Of a stretch of 64,000 bases of DNA, positions 49,651-62,295 are shown one piece after another. Position numbers and translations under genes: made by a program. The stretch is from Tubulanus polymorphus (lineage: Eukaryota; Animalia; Nemertea), in NCBI RefSeq assembly GCF_964204645.1, contig NC_134033.1, forward strand, positions 10,486,655 through 10,550,654, in the 5' to 3' direction. Position 1 is the first letter of the stretch, and every line of letters starts with the position of its first letter. Under the pieces are notes generated by a model, which was not told where the DNA came from, did no database searches, and saw only the letters and a list, made by a program, of their open reading frames with translations.

Positions 49651-51838
49651 ATTGCCGACGATTAATTCATTGTAGTATCCAATCCGGGGGTCGCAAATTG
49701 ATCTTGTATTAAATATAAAAGCGATTTATTCCCAGTAAACTCAATTATACGTGGTTAATGTGAACTGTAGCCTATTCCGGGGCAGATGATGAATTTTATA
49801 AATAGCGCTGCGTCGAGTAGGGAGAGAGAGAGAGCGAGTAAAACCAGCTCCGGCGAACGACCATCCAATTAATAATGAATCGGTACCCGGTAACAATGGG
49901 TCGTTTGGCGAGGCAATTTGAATTAATGAAACGGGTCAATTTACATAAATAAAACAATAAGTTAGCAGAAGATCGGATCATAATAGAATTTGCAAATCAG
50001 AACCGACGCTGCTGCTGCTCGGAGCCATGTGTGTCGTGCGAGAGCGAGCTTGGCTCGTCGGTCGTGCAGTTGATTGATATCCCATGTAATTTCCGGTGGG
50101 TAAGCCGGCGCTAGCATCAAACCACGCCAGAAATGTCATATGTTTTTGCGCTCTCCGCGTTCAATTCGCTCGGGCGTCATCAGTCATTTGAAGACATTTC
50201 AACCCGCGTGGTCGACCGACCGACTGACTGACTGACTCTCAGCCAGCCATACATCGCCGGCGCCATAGCCCTGTTATAGCCATCACTTCAACGGAGCAGT
50301 CATAGCACTTAATCATGAATAAATCCGATATGTTTTTGAGGTCTTTAGAATTTTTATAGTACCTCATTTGTGGATCCATACCGCCCCCAAGAATCAGACA
50401 AAATCTATCAGTTCGATGTTTTAAGAATCTGAAAACTCTCTTGGACAATTTACATAATTAGCCACCTGTAAATTCCCTCTTGATATCTATTCGCAACATT
50501 TTTTAATTACCATTTCATCAGCTCAGGTTTAGCATTTATAGGCCTATATGTGTAGGCCTCGATGTAATAAAGCGCACTGGATACAATTCGAAGGAGATTG
50601 AGTAGGATACATCATTACCATCAAGAAAAACTTGAAAACTGGGAGCGCACTGCAGCCCTATACGATCACTTCTACAGCAGTCGCAGCCTTTTAAAGCCCC
50701 AGTGAACATCACAGCAAGCCTCTCGTTACCGCTAGACTAAGGATAAAGTATAGGCCCTACGTCAAAAGATGTTTGATTTGATGACATAGGTCACCACTGA
50801 AAATCACGGTCATCAAGTTGTCAAGTGATGTCACAGCCAATTTGGAAGACTGAAAGTTGTAGAACTGGGTGCAGGGATTCGGTATGAACACAAAACTTCT
50901 TTTAAAAACGTGGGACTGGATCCACAGTTCAACTCTGGACTCAGCTTATCGGCCTTCTGTTAGGATTTGACACAAGTCGAACCCCGCAGATTTTGGATCT
51001 ACGTAGTACCACAGTTCTTGATTCTTGGGAATGAAATGATTTTTTAACTATTGAGCCTGAACAGTTGTGATAACCGGATTCAGAATTCTGAAGACACTGA
51101 GACAGGTGCACCTATTTCAATTTTGATTTCAATTCTGCTATCAATCCTAATTTATTTCGTAAGGCATCAGGGTTTTAAAGTATTTACAAACGAAACACAA
51201 ATAAAGCAAAAGCCAGACGGCCGCTTCGGCAAGCACCCTTGAAAGAAAAGAGGGAGAGAAAAAAAGCAAGAGAAGAGTCACGATGGGGTTCAGGGTCTTC
51301 GGAGTAATAAAACTCGGCAACAATATCAACTTCCGGATTATTAAACCCAGAATGATCGTAATGTATCAGTTCAATATAGCACACTAATATCGCAGGGGGT
51401 GGGGACTGCTGGGTATACATTGCGCTTTATATTACCGGCAGTACCACCAACAGCAGCAGCAGCAGCAAATATAAAATATTTGTCGAGGATAATTACCCGG
51501 ACGATTTATCATCAGAAGCTGTAGCGAGTAAATGAATTGCTGCTCGTCCCCTGAGACCAGCAGACGAACACACACCGCCTCCGTTCTATTGCTTTAAAGA
51601 AATTGCAGTCGTATAAACCATATCTAACCAGTCACACAGCTGACTGTGCCTCCTCCGCTCAGGTTTATTGGTTATTAGTTTATTAGTTTTCTAGAAGGAC
51701 ACGCCAGTACCAGGCACCAACAACAGGAATCGAAGCTTTTTTGATAATTAAATGCTAAACTGGACCCAACTCCGCGGTTGTGAGATAAAATTGGCGCGAT
51801 AGGTTTGAAACATCGGAAATTAATTTACTTAAGTCTTG

Positions 51839-52060
51839 AAACTGGCTCTAGAACTGTGGAACTGGCTCACGAACCGTGGTACTAGGTTCAGAATTGTGGT
51901 ACTGGCTCACGAACTGTGGAACTGGCTCAATAAATGTAGAACTGGCTCACAAACTGTGGAACTGGCTCAAGAACTGTGGAACTGGTTCACGAACCGTGGA
52001 ACTGGGTTCAGATACTGTAGAGCTGGCTCAAGAACTGTGGAACTGGGTTCAGAACTGTGT
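51839..52060 (+). repeat. 20-bp minisatellite derived from the MITE A right terminus
   Basis: About eleven units of GAACTGTGGAACTGGCTCA[C/A], preceded by a degenerate MITE A left part at ~51760-51835. Confidence 0.9.
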
Positions 52061-53292
52061 CAGAAATTTCAAAATCACAATTTTCCTTAATATTTCGAAT
52101 TGGAAAATTTGAAAATTAATCGTAAACAAAAAATATCAGTATACTGATTCAGTATAATATCAGTTACCGGTAAACATTGTTTGTGTCTTGATGTGCGAGT
52201 AAGTTTATATCTTGTCTCTGGTCTCCGCGCTGTGGAATTTCCTTCACCTCTATCCGTTCTTTTCACCGTCAAACGAATATTGAATTCCTAACAGCAGAAA
52301 ATGATACATTATTGAGATAACGCGCAATTTTCCTGCTAGTTATTAAAAAGATACTCAGCGGGTGGCTGCGGCAAGCGAGTCGCAGACGACAGCGGCAATA
52401 CAAGTATACCTACAAAAAGCGGGTCGCATTCGATTTCTGACGCCGTTACAAAAAAACGACCCGAATCCGAAACCGAGTGGTACACCGTACGCGGTTCCGG
52501 TTTCCCTAAAATCTAGGGTACGGACAATACGCGCCGGATTCCATTGCTGGTCAAAATACACTTCGCGGTAGTTACAGTTGCCGGCGTTCTCTCGGGGAAA
52601 AGCCAGCACGTCTTTTGTGCCTCGGCCAGATCCGATATCTCATTTCGGGATCTCATTTCGCTCGATATCACTCGATACGGTGAATTATCGGCGTCAAAAA
52701 GCCGATCACACGATATTTAAGTATGTCCTTCACTCGACGCGCGTAGTATATAGTGCGCGGGGGCTGTGTCAGACTGAAACGAACATCCTCAACTCGCACT
52801 GGTGCGCTCATATTTTTTTCTTATAGATTTGAACACGTTGACTCATCTCACATCGGGAAAATAGGATTTCTGAAAAGCGAATTGCTTTGTGTTCTTGTTT
52901 GCGGGTAAACGTGGTATGATGATCACTCGTTCAGTTGTAACCGACAGTATCCTAGTCTTCGCGGAGAGAATTCCCAACATTTATGACGTTTAGTCATATG
53001 GACTTAAAAACGATTCGTTTTAGAAGGAGTCCATAATTCATTATAACGCACAGGCATCTGTTAAATACTGATTTCATAGTTTTTCCCAGGGACAAGTCGT
53101 CAACTCGAAGAGGTAATCTTAGTGATTTTGTGCTAATTAAAATTCCAACGATACCATTAACATCGGTTCATAGTTATTTTGAAGTTGCTAGGGCCAGGGA
53201 GGCCTGGAAGAATTGACCCTCCCTTTATATATATATATATATATATCTTGAACCTGCTTTGAAGAACCTGCTAAACCAAATCTTTTAGAAAA

Positions 53293-53371
53293 TTCCACAG
53301 TTGTAAGTTTAGACCTGACTGAAATCTGTTCATTTTCAATTTTCAGTCTTATTCAACTGTGGAACTAGGTC
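53293..53371. mobile_element. Shortened MITE family A copy
   Basis: TTCCACAGTTG … CAACTGTGGAA inverted ends. Confidence 0.65.
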
Positions 53372-54127
53372 TAGATGTTAGAAATTAACAATATTTTGGT
53401 TACTACTAAATTTGAATAAAACTTGTTAGCCTATAATCTATTGGTAATCAAAGATAATTTATCATAACAACTCTGGAAATCGTTATGTGAGTTTCACTTC
53501 AGTATTTTAGCAAAATCATATCTTTTCAACATCATTTCCTGTTAGATACATGGATACATAAGATGTTTAGAGGCTCAGTTGGCTATATTTCGAAAAGCTG
53601 GAATTACGTATGACCCCGACCAGGGAACACGAAACGGGATTGTCTATGCACAACACTTAGATTGTATTGTGTCTTTGATATAAAGGTTTTACGTTACCCC
53701 TCAGTAAACACTGCAATGAATCAATATATAAATCCACCCATAAAATGGAGCTGGAAATATTTATTTTGACACAATAATTATCTATCAAAATGACTATTAT
53801 CATTGTCATTTTATTTCCCCTGCGAATCTATAACAGCATGTGAATGAAACAGTTGGAGATTGCGGAGGCTTTGAATCTGATTCTAGGGTCATTGGACAGT
53901 AGCCGATCTCGCGACCGGTGTCCCGTTACGAAACCATTGATTACTAACATCGTTTTCGTGCTGAAGTTTGTTTGACCAGTTGTAACGAAATGGCCCCCGC
54001 TTCGTTGCTGGATACTGGCGACGTGTTTGTATGAGACACTCGTCCAGAGCGAGTATAGTGAATTTATAATGCGGCCATTAGGCGCGTTCACACATACATT
54101 GTCTCCCGCTCACTCTCATTGCAGTGC

Positions 54128-54470
54128 CATATCCCGAAGCTACCCCCAAGCTGGACACTATCCCCCTTACACACGCAGTACCATATCCCAAAGCCATCCC
54201 TGGCTGAACACTCTCCCCCTAACACTTGTAAGTACCATATCCCGAAGTTATCCCTGGCTGTACACTCTCCCCCTTTAATATCCAGATCCAGATCCCGAAG
54301 CTACCCCCTGGCTGAACACTCTCCCCTTTTAACATCCAGATCCAGATCCCGAAGCCACCCCCGGCTGAACACTCTCCCACGTTCCATATCCCGAAGTTAT
54401 CCCTGGCTGTACACTCTCCCCCTTTAATATCCAGATCCAGATCCCGAAGCTACCCTGCATGGCTGGACAC
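54128..54470 (+). repeat. ~47-59-bp minisatellite
   Basis: ATCCCGAAGCTACCCCTGGCTGAACACTCTCCCC(TTTAATATCCAGATCCAG) x ~7. Confidence 0.88.
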
Positions 54471-57400
54471 TGTCCCTCTGTGTGTCTACGACCATTATCA
54501 GAGCCCAAAGCCGTCCTAGCTGGATTATTCCCCTTATACAGCCGGAGCCCGGAGCTACGGCCCGATCTGCCCCCCCCCCCCTATATGCAAGGTCTGTAAG
54601 GGCCCTCTTGCTGAATACAAAATCAAGTTAACAAATTCATAATACACCGTAACACAAAACATGATGGAAACAATGCAGTAATGATAATATCAGAATTAGT
54701 GAGTTAGGGATTTAAGGAGGGGGTATTTTATGGATGATTAAACACTGCTTTTGATTCTGATTCGTTTCAGTGTCTGGGTGAAGGGCCTTTTTTGTGTAAA
54801 AAGCATAGACTATTATCATTGTTATCATTATCATTTCGAAATGTGCATAAGACATTAAGTTCACGTGATATTGTGCATTAAAGCGAACAACTGCTACAAA
54901 TCGGTGATTAATACAAAAATACTATAAACAATCGAACATGAATAGGATCGTCAGGCATTCAACTAATAAAATCTGTCGCCGCCAAAAATTGTTTGAATGG
55001 CATTCGATATATGTATATAACATTCTAGACAATCGATGCAAACCAGGACGTCATCATAAAATTTAGAGAATCATCGAGCTTACAAATCAATTCAATCTGT
55101 GTTTGATTTTTTTGTGTATTTATTTATTACTTTTTCGGCTATGAATTTCGACTTAGTTTCATGAAATCATTGTTAACAGTTGAAGCCCTAGACAAATATG
55201 ATATAATGATGATAATTTGTATAGTTTGAATTTTGCGAGCTTACTTATTTTTTACCTTTCGACGGAAAAATGTCCTCTGTTTAGGAACTGGTTTGGAATG
55301 ATTAATCAGAAATATATCATAATGTTCTTTTTTACTATGAATCGTGACTCAGATTTCGAGCGTAAATATTTTTTAAATGAAGTTGACTACGTTTTACCCA
55401 GACTCTTTCGTCGGTTCGCCCATTGCGCGTGTTAATTTTGCAATTTACTATGTCCTACGTGACTGATTCGAAGTTAAGATTCAGAATACGAAACGTCGAT
55501 CGGTTATCTAAAGTCTATAAGAAATTCGAAACTTTTTGAATCGACCGATTTATCGAGAAATTGAATCGAATTACAACCTCTGCCCGCGAAGCGACGACTA
55601 TTACACTGCGAACTGAGTCGAGCACTTCAAACCTTAGATAAATATTTTGATAATTCAAAGATCGGATTGCGAGCGCGCGCGCCTTACGAAGAAATCTCGG
55701 TTTTGAAATTAAAACCGCGATTCGTTTCAGCAGACGACTCTCTGGATCATCGGTTTACTGTGCAACGGAGTTTAATATTTCAGCACTTCGAACAAAAGGA
55801 CGTCGCGGAACTAGATCTGAGATAAACTGGGTTAATTTTTAATCCATCTTTCCCGTGAAAACTAGTTGTTTAAGTTTCATTTTACTCGCCGCTGAAACCG
55901 CGTTCCGGATATTATTTCATTGGCGCTGAGATTTTCTGACAGTGTTGGAGATTGGAGATTCGTATAGAATATGTGACTAAATCGGGACTCGAACCCACCG
56001 AATTTCAGTAAGAAATCGGGATTCGAACCCACAAAACTTGTGCGATAAATGGGATTCGAACGAAGAAATTCACAGGTCACGGGCACTGTCAATCTAAGAT
56101 TTAGGTTTATGGCTTTTAAATCGTTCCTCTCTGCGTATCGCGCCTAAGTACTCGACAGAAATGAGCCGTTATATAGATCTCTGCGCGGTCCGCGCTAAAA
56201 CGATCATTAATTCGAATTTCAAAAACGAACCGAAAAATTCATAATCCGTTTTTAATTTCATCGATCCGTCGACATCATCGCCCCTGACAACCGTGAAAAA
56301 TCGTTGATAAAACACGCGACTGGCGCGCGCGCTGAGGCCCAGTCAGGCAAGTCGACTAATCGACAATTCGTGCTTTTTTCACGCTTCATTCGAGATGCCG
56401 TATGTCGGCTGTCAATTTTACGACATTGTTTTACGACCTATCGCTTGACGGCAGACAACAAGAACGCAGAACATGTCAACTTGATCGCTTTTAGACAGCG
56501 AACCAATTTCTCCGTCACACAAGACAAATCTTCAGAGCTTTCACCATCATCTCTATTTATCTTCTGAGAGACTAATTACACGAACTGTAGTGAAGAAGAT
56601 TGTTTTCTTGTAAACTGTTTAAAATTAAGTGACGTATGATACTATCGTTCATTTTTGGAATTTTCAAAAGATTCGTGTTTTTCATCAGTTGAACCTGTGG
56701 TGACGTCACCGTTGTATCCAACACTAAAACTTTCTTTAAAAACACTCCAACACTAAAACTTTCTTTGAAAACACAACTTTAGCCACAATGATAGTACATG
56801 TAGGCTAGTGAATCAACAACCATACAGTACGTTCGCCTGCTATGTATTAGATTTGATATTATATTTATTATCACTTGCCCAAAAAGTTTTTACACATGTC
56901 AAGTAGAATTTGATATTTCACAAGACGTAATTTGTTAATAGACTTCTTTAAACTGTATGACTTTGTATTTCAACGATACAACAACTTTTACATCGACGGT
57001 CATCTTGCAACGGTGATCTTTCCGGATTTGACGGAATCCCGTGACATTGGTGGTAAAAATGTGTTTGAAATTTATCGAACCATGATCTTTGTCATCGAAA
57101 TCCAAGCTGGCCGTCGCTGTCACGTAAAAGAGGGTTCAGCATTCACTTCGGTGATGAAAATTTAAATCTCGCAAAACATTTGCCTCCATACTACGTATTT
57201 GAGGGATGTGATAGATATGAGCTGTGTATTAGCAAGGAAGGCAATTTTTATGTGTCTTGTAATCCGAGGAACCCAATCCGATCAGACCTCCACCGTCACT
57301 GCCGCCATGTTGGTTTAAAAGGTTCTTACGACACGTTCCCAGACGCCGGCGGATACCTGGCGCGCTGAAAAAGACGTTATATCTGAATTAATCGGGATTT

Positions 57401-57780
57401 GCGTCATTGCGACGAGCAGCCGCTACAGACGGCTCACGTTAAAACCTCGCGCTGAACGAGATTTTTAAGGCTCTTTAATGTAATTATCCGCACATAAGCG
57501 CATTGCCCCGATAAATAGATAGTTTCAAAGGCAGAAACGGTGCACCCGCTAGAAACTGACTTGATTCTCCTTCTTGCAGAAATAGTAGCAGTCAGCCTGT
57601 GGGGTCAAGATACATATAACATACACGTGTTTTTTCCGGCATTAGCTCTGCAGGGAAATAGCCAGGGCATGGAGGCTAACATTTGGCGTCAACAGTTGTA
57701 AAGGTCCCGCAATTCTTTAGTTGCAGAGGTACCAGATCTAACACTGTATACGTCACAATTCAAGTCCTATGATATGATTC

Positions 57781-57905
57781 TATAGTTGTGGAGGTCCTAG
57801 TTCTACAATTGTGGAGGTCCCAGTTATGCTAGTTATTGAGGTTCCAATCCTAAAGGTCCATCCTGGAGATCCCACTTCTACTATTGTGGAGGTCCCTTCT
57901 ACTGT
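57781..57905 (+). repeat. ~21-bp diverged minisatellite related to the MITE A left terminus
   Basis: GGTCC[T/C]AGTTCTACAATTGTGGA units. Confidence 0.6.
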
Positions 57906-59751
57906 TGTGTAGAGGTCGTCAGTTGTTTGAGTTCCCCAATTCCAGGTAATTTGTTGGGGATTCAATTGCTTACAAATAGGCTCTGCCGGCCACTTCACAG
58001 CCGCAGGGTTGTCGTGTGTCCTTACAGAGCGCCAGTTAAAACAATTGGTCCGGTTCCATATGGGTTTAATTTGTTTGTGAATTGTCAATTTTCAATACTT
58101 TCAGCACACTGAAGCGTAACTACTGCTGCTACTGCTGTTGACAATGTCTCCGTTGACATTAAGCAGTTAAAATTGATTGAATTTCGCTTGTAATTCAATT
58201 GACTGTGAATTTAAATCGTTTTACGCAAAAACGTCGAAGTCAATTAAAACGTTAAACGTAACTGGAGATGTTGACTTTTCAACTGCAATAATTCTTTATC
58301 ATCCAATTCGAACCATCGGTGATATGTAAATCCCGAAACTGCATTTCAATGCCCACGACGGCGCTCGTGTATCCGACGGTCGATTTTTAACGCGCACTTC
58401 TTCGGCTTCGGTAGTTTAAAAAAAAGCAATTAAATTCAGTTTGGTTTCAGACACGTTTCGCGCTGGAATCTAATTTCCCAGTTTGTGCAAAAGGCGAGCA
58501 CACACGCGCGATAGTGTTAATAACGAGAGCTCGGCGATACCGGCTGATTTTTAAAGGGTAATTGGACGGTATTATTCCCTCTGAAATTCGATAGGTATAT
58601 TAATCCACCAGGCGCTATTGTCCGAGTCACGGAACAGAACTTACGACGGCGCGAAAATCCGTCATCTTTGCCGTGAATGATTTTCAGGTCCTTCACGACG
58701 ATATCGGATTTCATAGGCGCGAACTGTGGAACTCGGGTTTATTTGCTAATTGAGTCCGATTCCGAATTAGTTTTCTACCCGCGTCGACGCCGTCACTGCG
58801 AAATCGAACTGCGATACAAAGAATATTGAAACACACAATACAGTCAGCCGGGGTGAGAGAGAGACTGGAATAATTGTTAAAAGCTATTTCTGCTAATGAC
58901 TTGAAAACGTGGCCGGAATTCTTCAGAGAATTTGTACCTAAAATATGACTATACACGTCTAAGTGGTTCTAGGGTTGATAGAATGCAAGGATCAGATTCA
59001 GAGAAAGACTTTTAAGTGGAGTGACCTCTTTTGGGTCTGTTTCTTCGAAAGACCATTTTTAGTTCGTGGACCTTTGGAAACTTTAACCCGATAATTTTGA
59101 AAAAATATCGGACATTTCAACCATTTGAATCAGCTCTGAAAACATTTTATTAAAGCTAATGGTTAGCCACACTTTATGATGTATCAATGTTCTACGTATA
59201 AAAAAGTAGAAAATATCTAGAGCAGTATTTTATCGAACAAGGCACCAAATGGGAATATGATAATAATGATTATTATCATAATTATAATGATAATTATCAC
59301 AACTAAAATAAGGTTTATTATCATAATTGTAATGATTATTATCACAACTAAAATAAGGTTTCTATCAGTCTCAGAGTGACTGAAATTGGGATTTGTTTCT
59401 TCGAAAGGACTCTCTGGGTAGTTTTTGGAAATGGGTTTTTCTTATGCAATTTATAATGTAGTTTAATTTACATTGTAATTAAATTCGTACGAATTTAATT
59501 ACAATAGGGAGTAGCATGTGTGGATACAAAATATCGTGAAGTAGGACGTCGGACGACTGGTTATCGTCACTGGAAACGTGACGTATAACCAATAGAAATT
59601 AAACCAGAAAATTAAGTTTAACGTTTCTGCGAGACTGGACACCCCGGGAATAGATTCGCCTTCAATTTCATAGATGGACTTCGCTCTTAAAAGGCTCAGT
59701 CCCATGGAAGGGGGCTCTGGGGAACTGTTGATTAGAATTTCAGTTATTTTC

Positions 59752-59960
59752 TATCTTAAAATAGGAGGATTGACCCAATTGTTCATTTGATTGGTGTATA
59801 GATTTCGTTTGATTTTTTTATTGTTTTGATTTGGTATCCATTACAAACCCGAATCGAAACCGGAGGTTTGATTTTGAATTCCAGACTTAAGTACAGATAC
59901 ATTTGTGTGATCGGCGGTCGAATTTACATCATTTTTTGTTTAAATCGAAGTACACAGTTT
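59752..59960 (+). repeat. Interspersed repeat family B (copy 3)
   Basis: Homologous to 43522-43745. Confidence 0.75.
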
Positions 59961-60377
59961 ATGGTTTTGAATTCTCGGGCGAGAATTTTCAAATTTTTTT
60001 ATTCATTCCTCTCGCCGTTCAGAACATTTTTTTAGTATGGCCTGGCTTAGCCACTGAGGGTCCAAGCCAGGTCGTGATATATATCATCTATCTACTGACT
60101 GTATGACACATACAGACAGTAACTGCTGTTAATGCCTCTGCTCTCACAGTCGACTGGGCGTGAAATCTAGCGTCATTCTTTACTCACGCCATATTGATTT
60201 TAGTTCCATTTTATCGGCGATGAAATGCCACTAATTCGAGAGGTTTTCTCCCCGCCGCGAAAATGTAATCTTTCTTTTATTTCTCATAATCTCTCTCTCT
60301 CAGTACATTCATTTTTCAAATTATTGATACTTATATATAAGCACCTAGTTTTATGGATTGAATGATTTACAAATGTC

Positions 60378-60850
60378 ATAGAGAGAAAGGGAGGGAGAGA
60401 GCAGAGAGGAAGGTATAGATAGGAGAGAGTAAGACAAATGAGAAGAGAGGAGAGAGGAGAGAGGAGAGAGGAGAGAGGAGAGAGGAGAGAGGAGAGAGGG
60501 GAGAGGGGAGAGGAAAGAGGAGAGAGGGGAGTAGGGAGAGGTGAGAGGGGAGAGGGGAGAGGAAAGAGTAGAGAGGAGAGAGGAGAGGAGAGAGGGGAGA
60601 GGGAGAGGGGAGAGGGAGAGGAAAGAGTAGAGAGCAGAGAGGAGAGAGTAGAGAGGGGAGTGGGGAGAGGGGAGAGGAAAAAGGAGAGAGGAAAGAGGAG
60701 AGAGGGGGAGGAAAGAGTAGAGAGGAGAGAGGAGAGGGGAGAGGGGAGAGGGGAGAGGAGAGAAGAGAGATGGGAGTAGAGCGGAGAGAGAGAGAGAGCG
60801 AGCGGAAAGAGAACATAGACGAAGAGTGATGGAGAGAGAGAGAGATAGAT
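60378..60850. repeat. GA-rich polypurine tract
   Basis: (GAGAG)n-type repeat of ~470 bp; source of Ser/Leu/Pro-rich spurious ORFs. Confidence 0.92.
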
Positions 60851-62102
60851 ATGGCGCTTGAGGTGAAATTCTGGTGAGCGATGAAATAAAAGTTGTGGAA
60901 TATCTGCGAATAACCGCCTTATCACTGAGAAATGCGTTCATTTAATCGCCAATTATTGACTTTGGCTCCATTTTCTACAAGTATCGTAACAGAGCCGTAG
61001 TATAATTACATCAACTATACCAATCAGTAGCAATCTATCGCTATTATCGACAAGCTTAACTGGAATAAATTGGTTGTGTTTGGGACTGTGTTTGTAGCGC
61101 CGGAGGACATCCCTGCAGGCTCGACTGGCTGACTGGCTGAGCTCACCGCTCTCTCTCGTCTCTCTCACGTGCAATTTATATCAATCAGTCCTAAGCCACG
61201 AATAAGGCGCTCATTATATCCGATGCGCTATTCAGATTTCGATCATTGTTCTACAACTGGGGCTAGTTGATATAATTTCCTAACGTAATCGCTGAACCGT
61301 GCAGAGACACGCACTACCGAGACCGCGTCCTCATCTGAGTGCGCCGTCGACGGGCGGCTCCGTCCAAACTCGATCGGTCAATCTCATCAGTAATTAAAAC
61401 TGACTGCTGGGAACCCGAGGCGCTCGTCTGCGGCGGCGGTCAGCGTTTTATCATCTTCGAAACAAAGGAACTGCATTAACTGACTCCGCTGATAAAAATC
61501 GTCCCTACACCTGGACTTTTTTTATTCTCGATAAATTAAGCGTGATTAAAACTATTCGTTGATAGCGAGGTCGACGCCGCCATTTACATTCTATATTTAG
61601 TAGTAATTACCGATTTCTAATGAGGGGTCAGTAAACCATTAACAGAAATATAGAAACCAATCTACGATAATCCTTTGATTACAAAGCGAAGGACTTTCGT
61701 TAATAGATGCACTACATTTAGAATTTCTCGGTTTCATCTGATATTTTATTTGGCTGTAACAACTGTTGGCCTTAGTGAAGTGATGGGTTTACAATTCATT
61801 GTGAACGGGGGCTGGTACATCCAGACCCTTGTTCTGGCTGCGTTGTTGATACTTACTTAACCTGCCTTTTTTCAGTCCCAATTTTCATTTCTTTTTGCCT
61901 CAGTCAAACTTTACCCTTGGATCCATTCCTGAATTGGTCGGGGCGGGTATGATAGTCCGTTGGTTTATGAAGAAGATAGCTTTAAATTTGCATACATAGT
62001 TTTTTTACTATCTAACTTACTATCTATTCTCCACGTCAGATATTACTAGTATTGTATTAAAAATCCTTTGAGATTACGAAGCGAGGAACTTTCCTTAAAA
62101 TA

Positions 62103-62295
62103 AGCTGCGTTCACACTAGGATTTCAGTACGGTACTAAGCGTTCACACTAGGAAATCATTCGAGGCCTATTTGCGGCTTATTCAGTTCCGTACTGAAATA
62201 CGCGGCTTATTAAGCGCGGAATACGATTCCGCGCCCAAAACCCGATCTGAGTACGGCACGGAGCTGGCCGCGTATTTTCTGTAGTGTGAACACCC
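62103..62295 (+). mobile_element. PIF/Harbinger-like MITE (partial)
   Basis: AGCTGCGTTCACACTAG, with a second GCGTTCACACTAG at ~62139 and an inverted TAGTGTGAACAC at 62282-62293. Confidence 0.5.

Noticed and set aside
56490-56545. Hammerhead-like CTGAAGA-TTTGTC…GACGGA-GAAA on the minus strand
   Set aside because: No G10.1-C11.1 pair, no stem I pairing and no palindromic stem III; probably chance.
57731-57755. Partial matches to conserved microRNAs (miR-750-like CCAGATCTAAC here; miR-2001-like at ~22222-22232 minus)
   Set aside because: Only about 11 nt match from memory, the 3' halves diverge, and no precursor hairpin is evident.
61365-61392. Minus-strand CTGATGA followed by a GATT/GATC hairpin
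   Set aside because: Followed by GAGT instead of GAAA, and no stem I.
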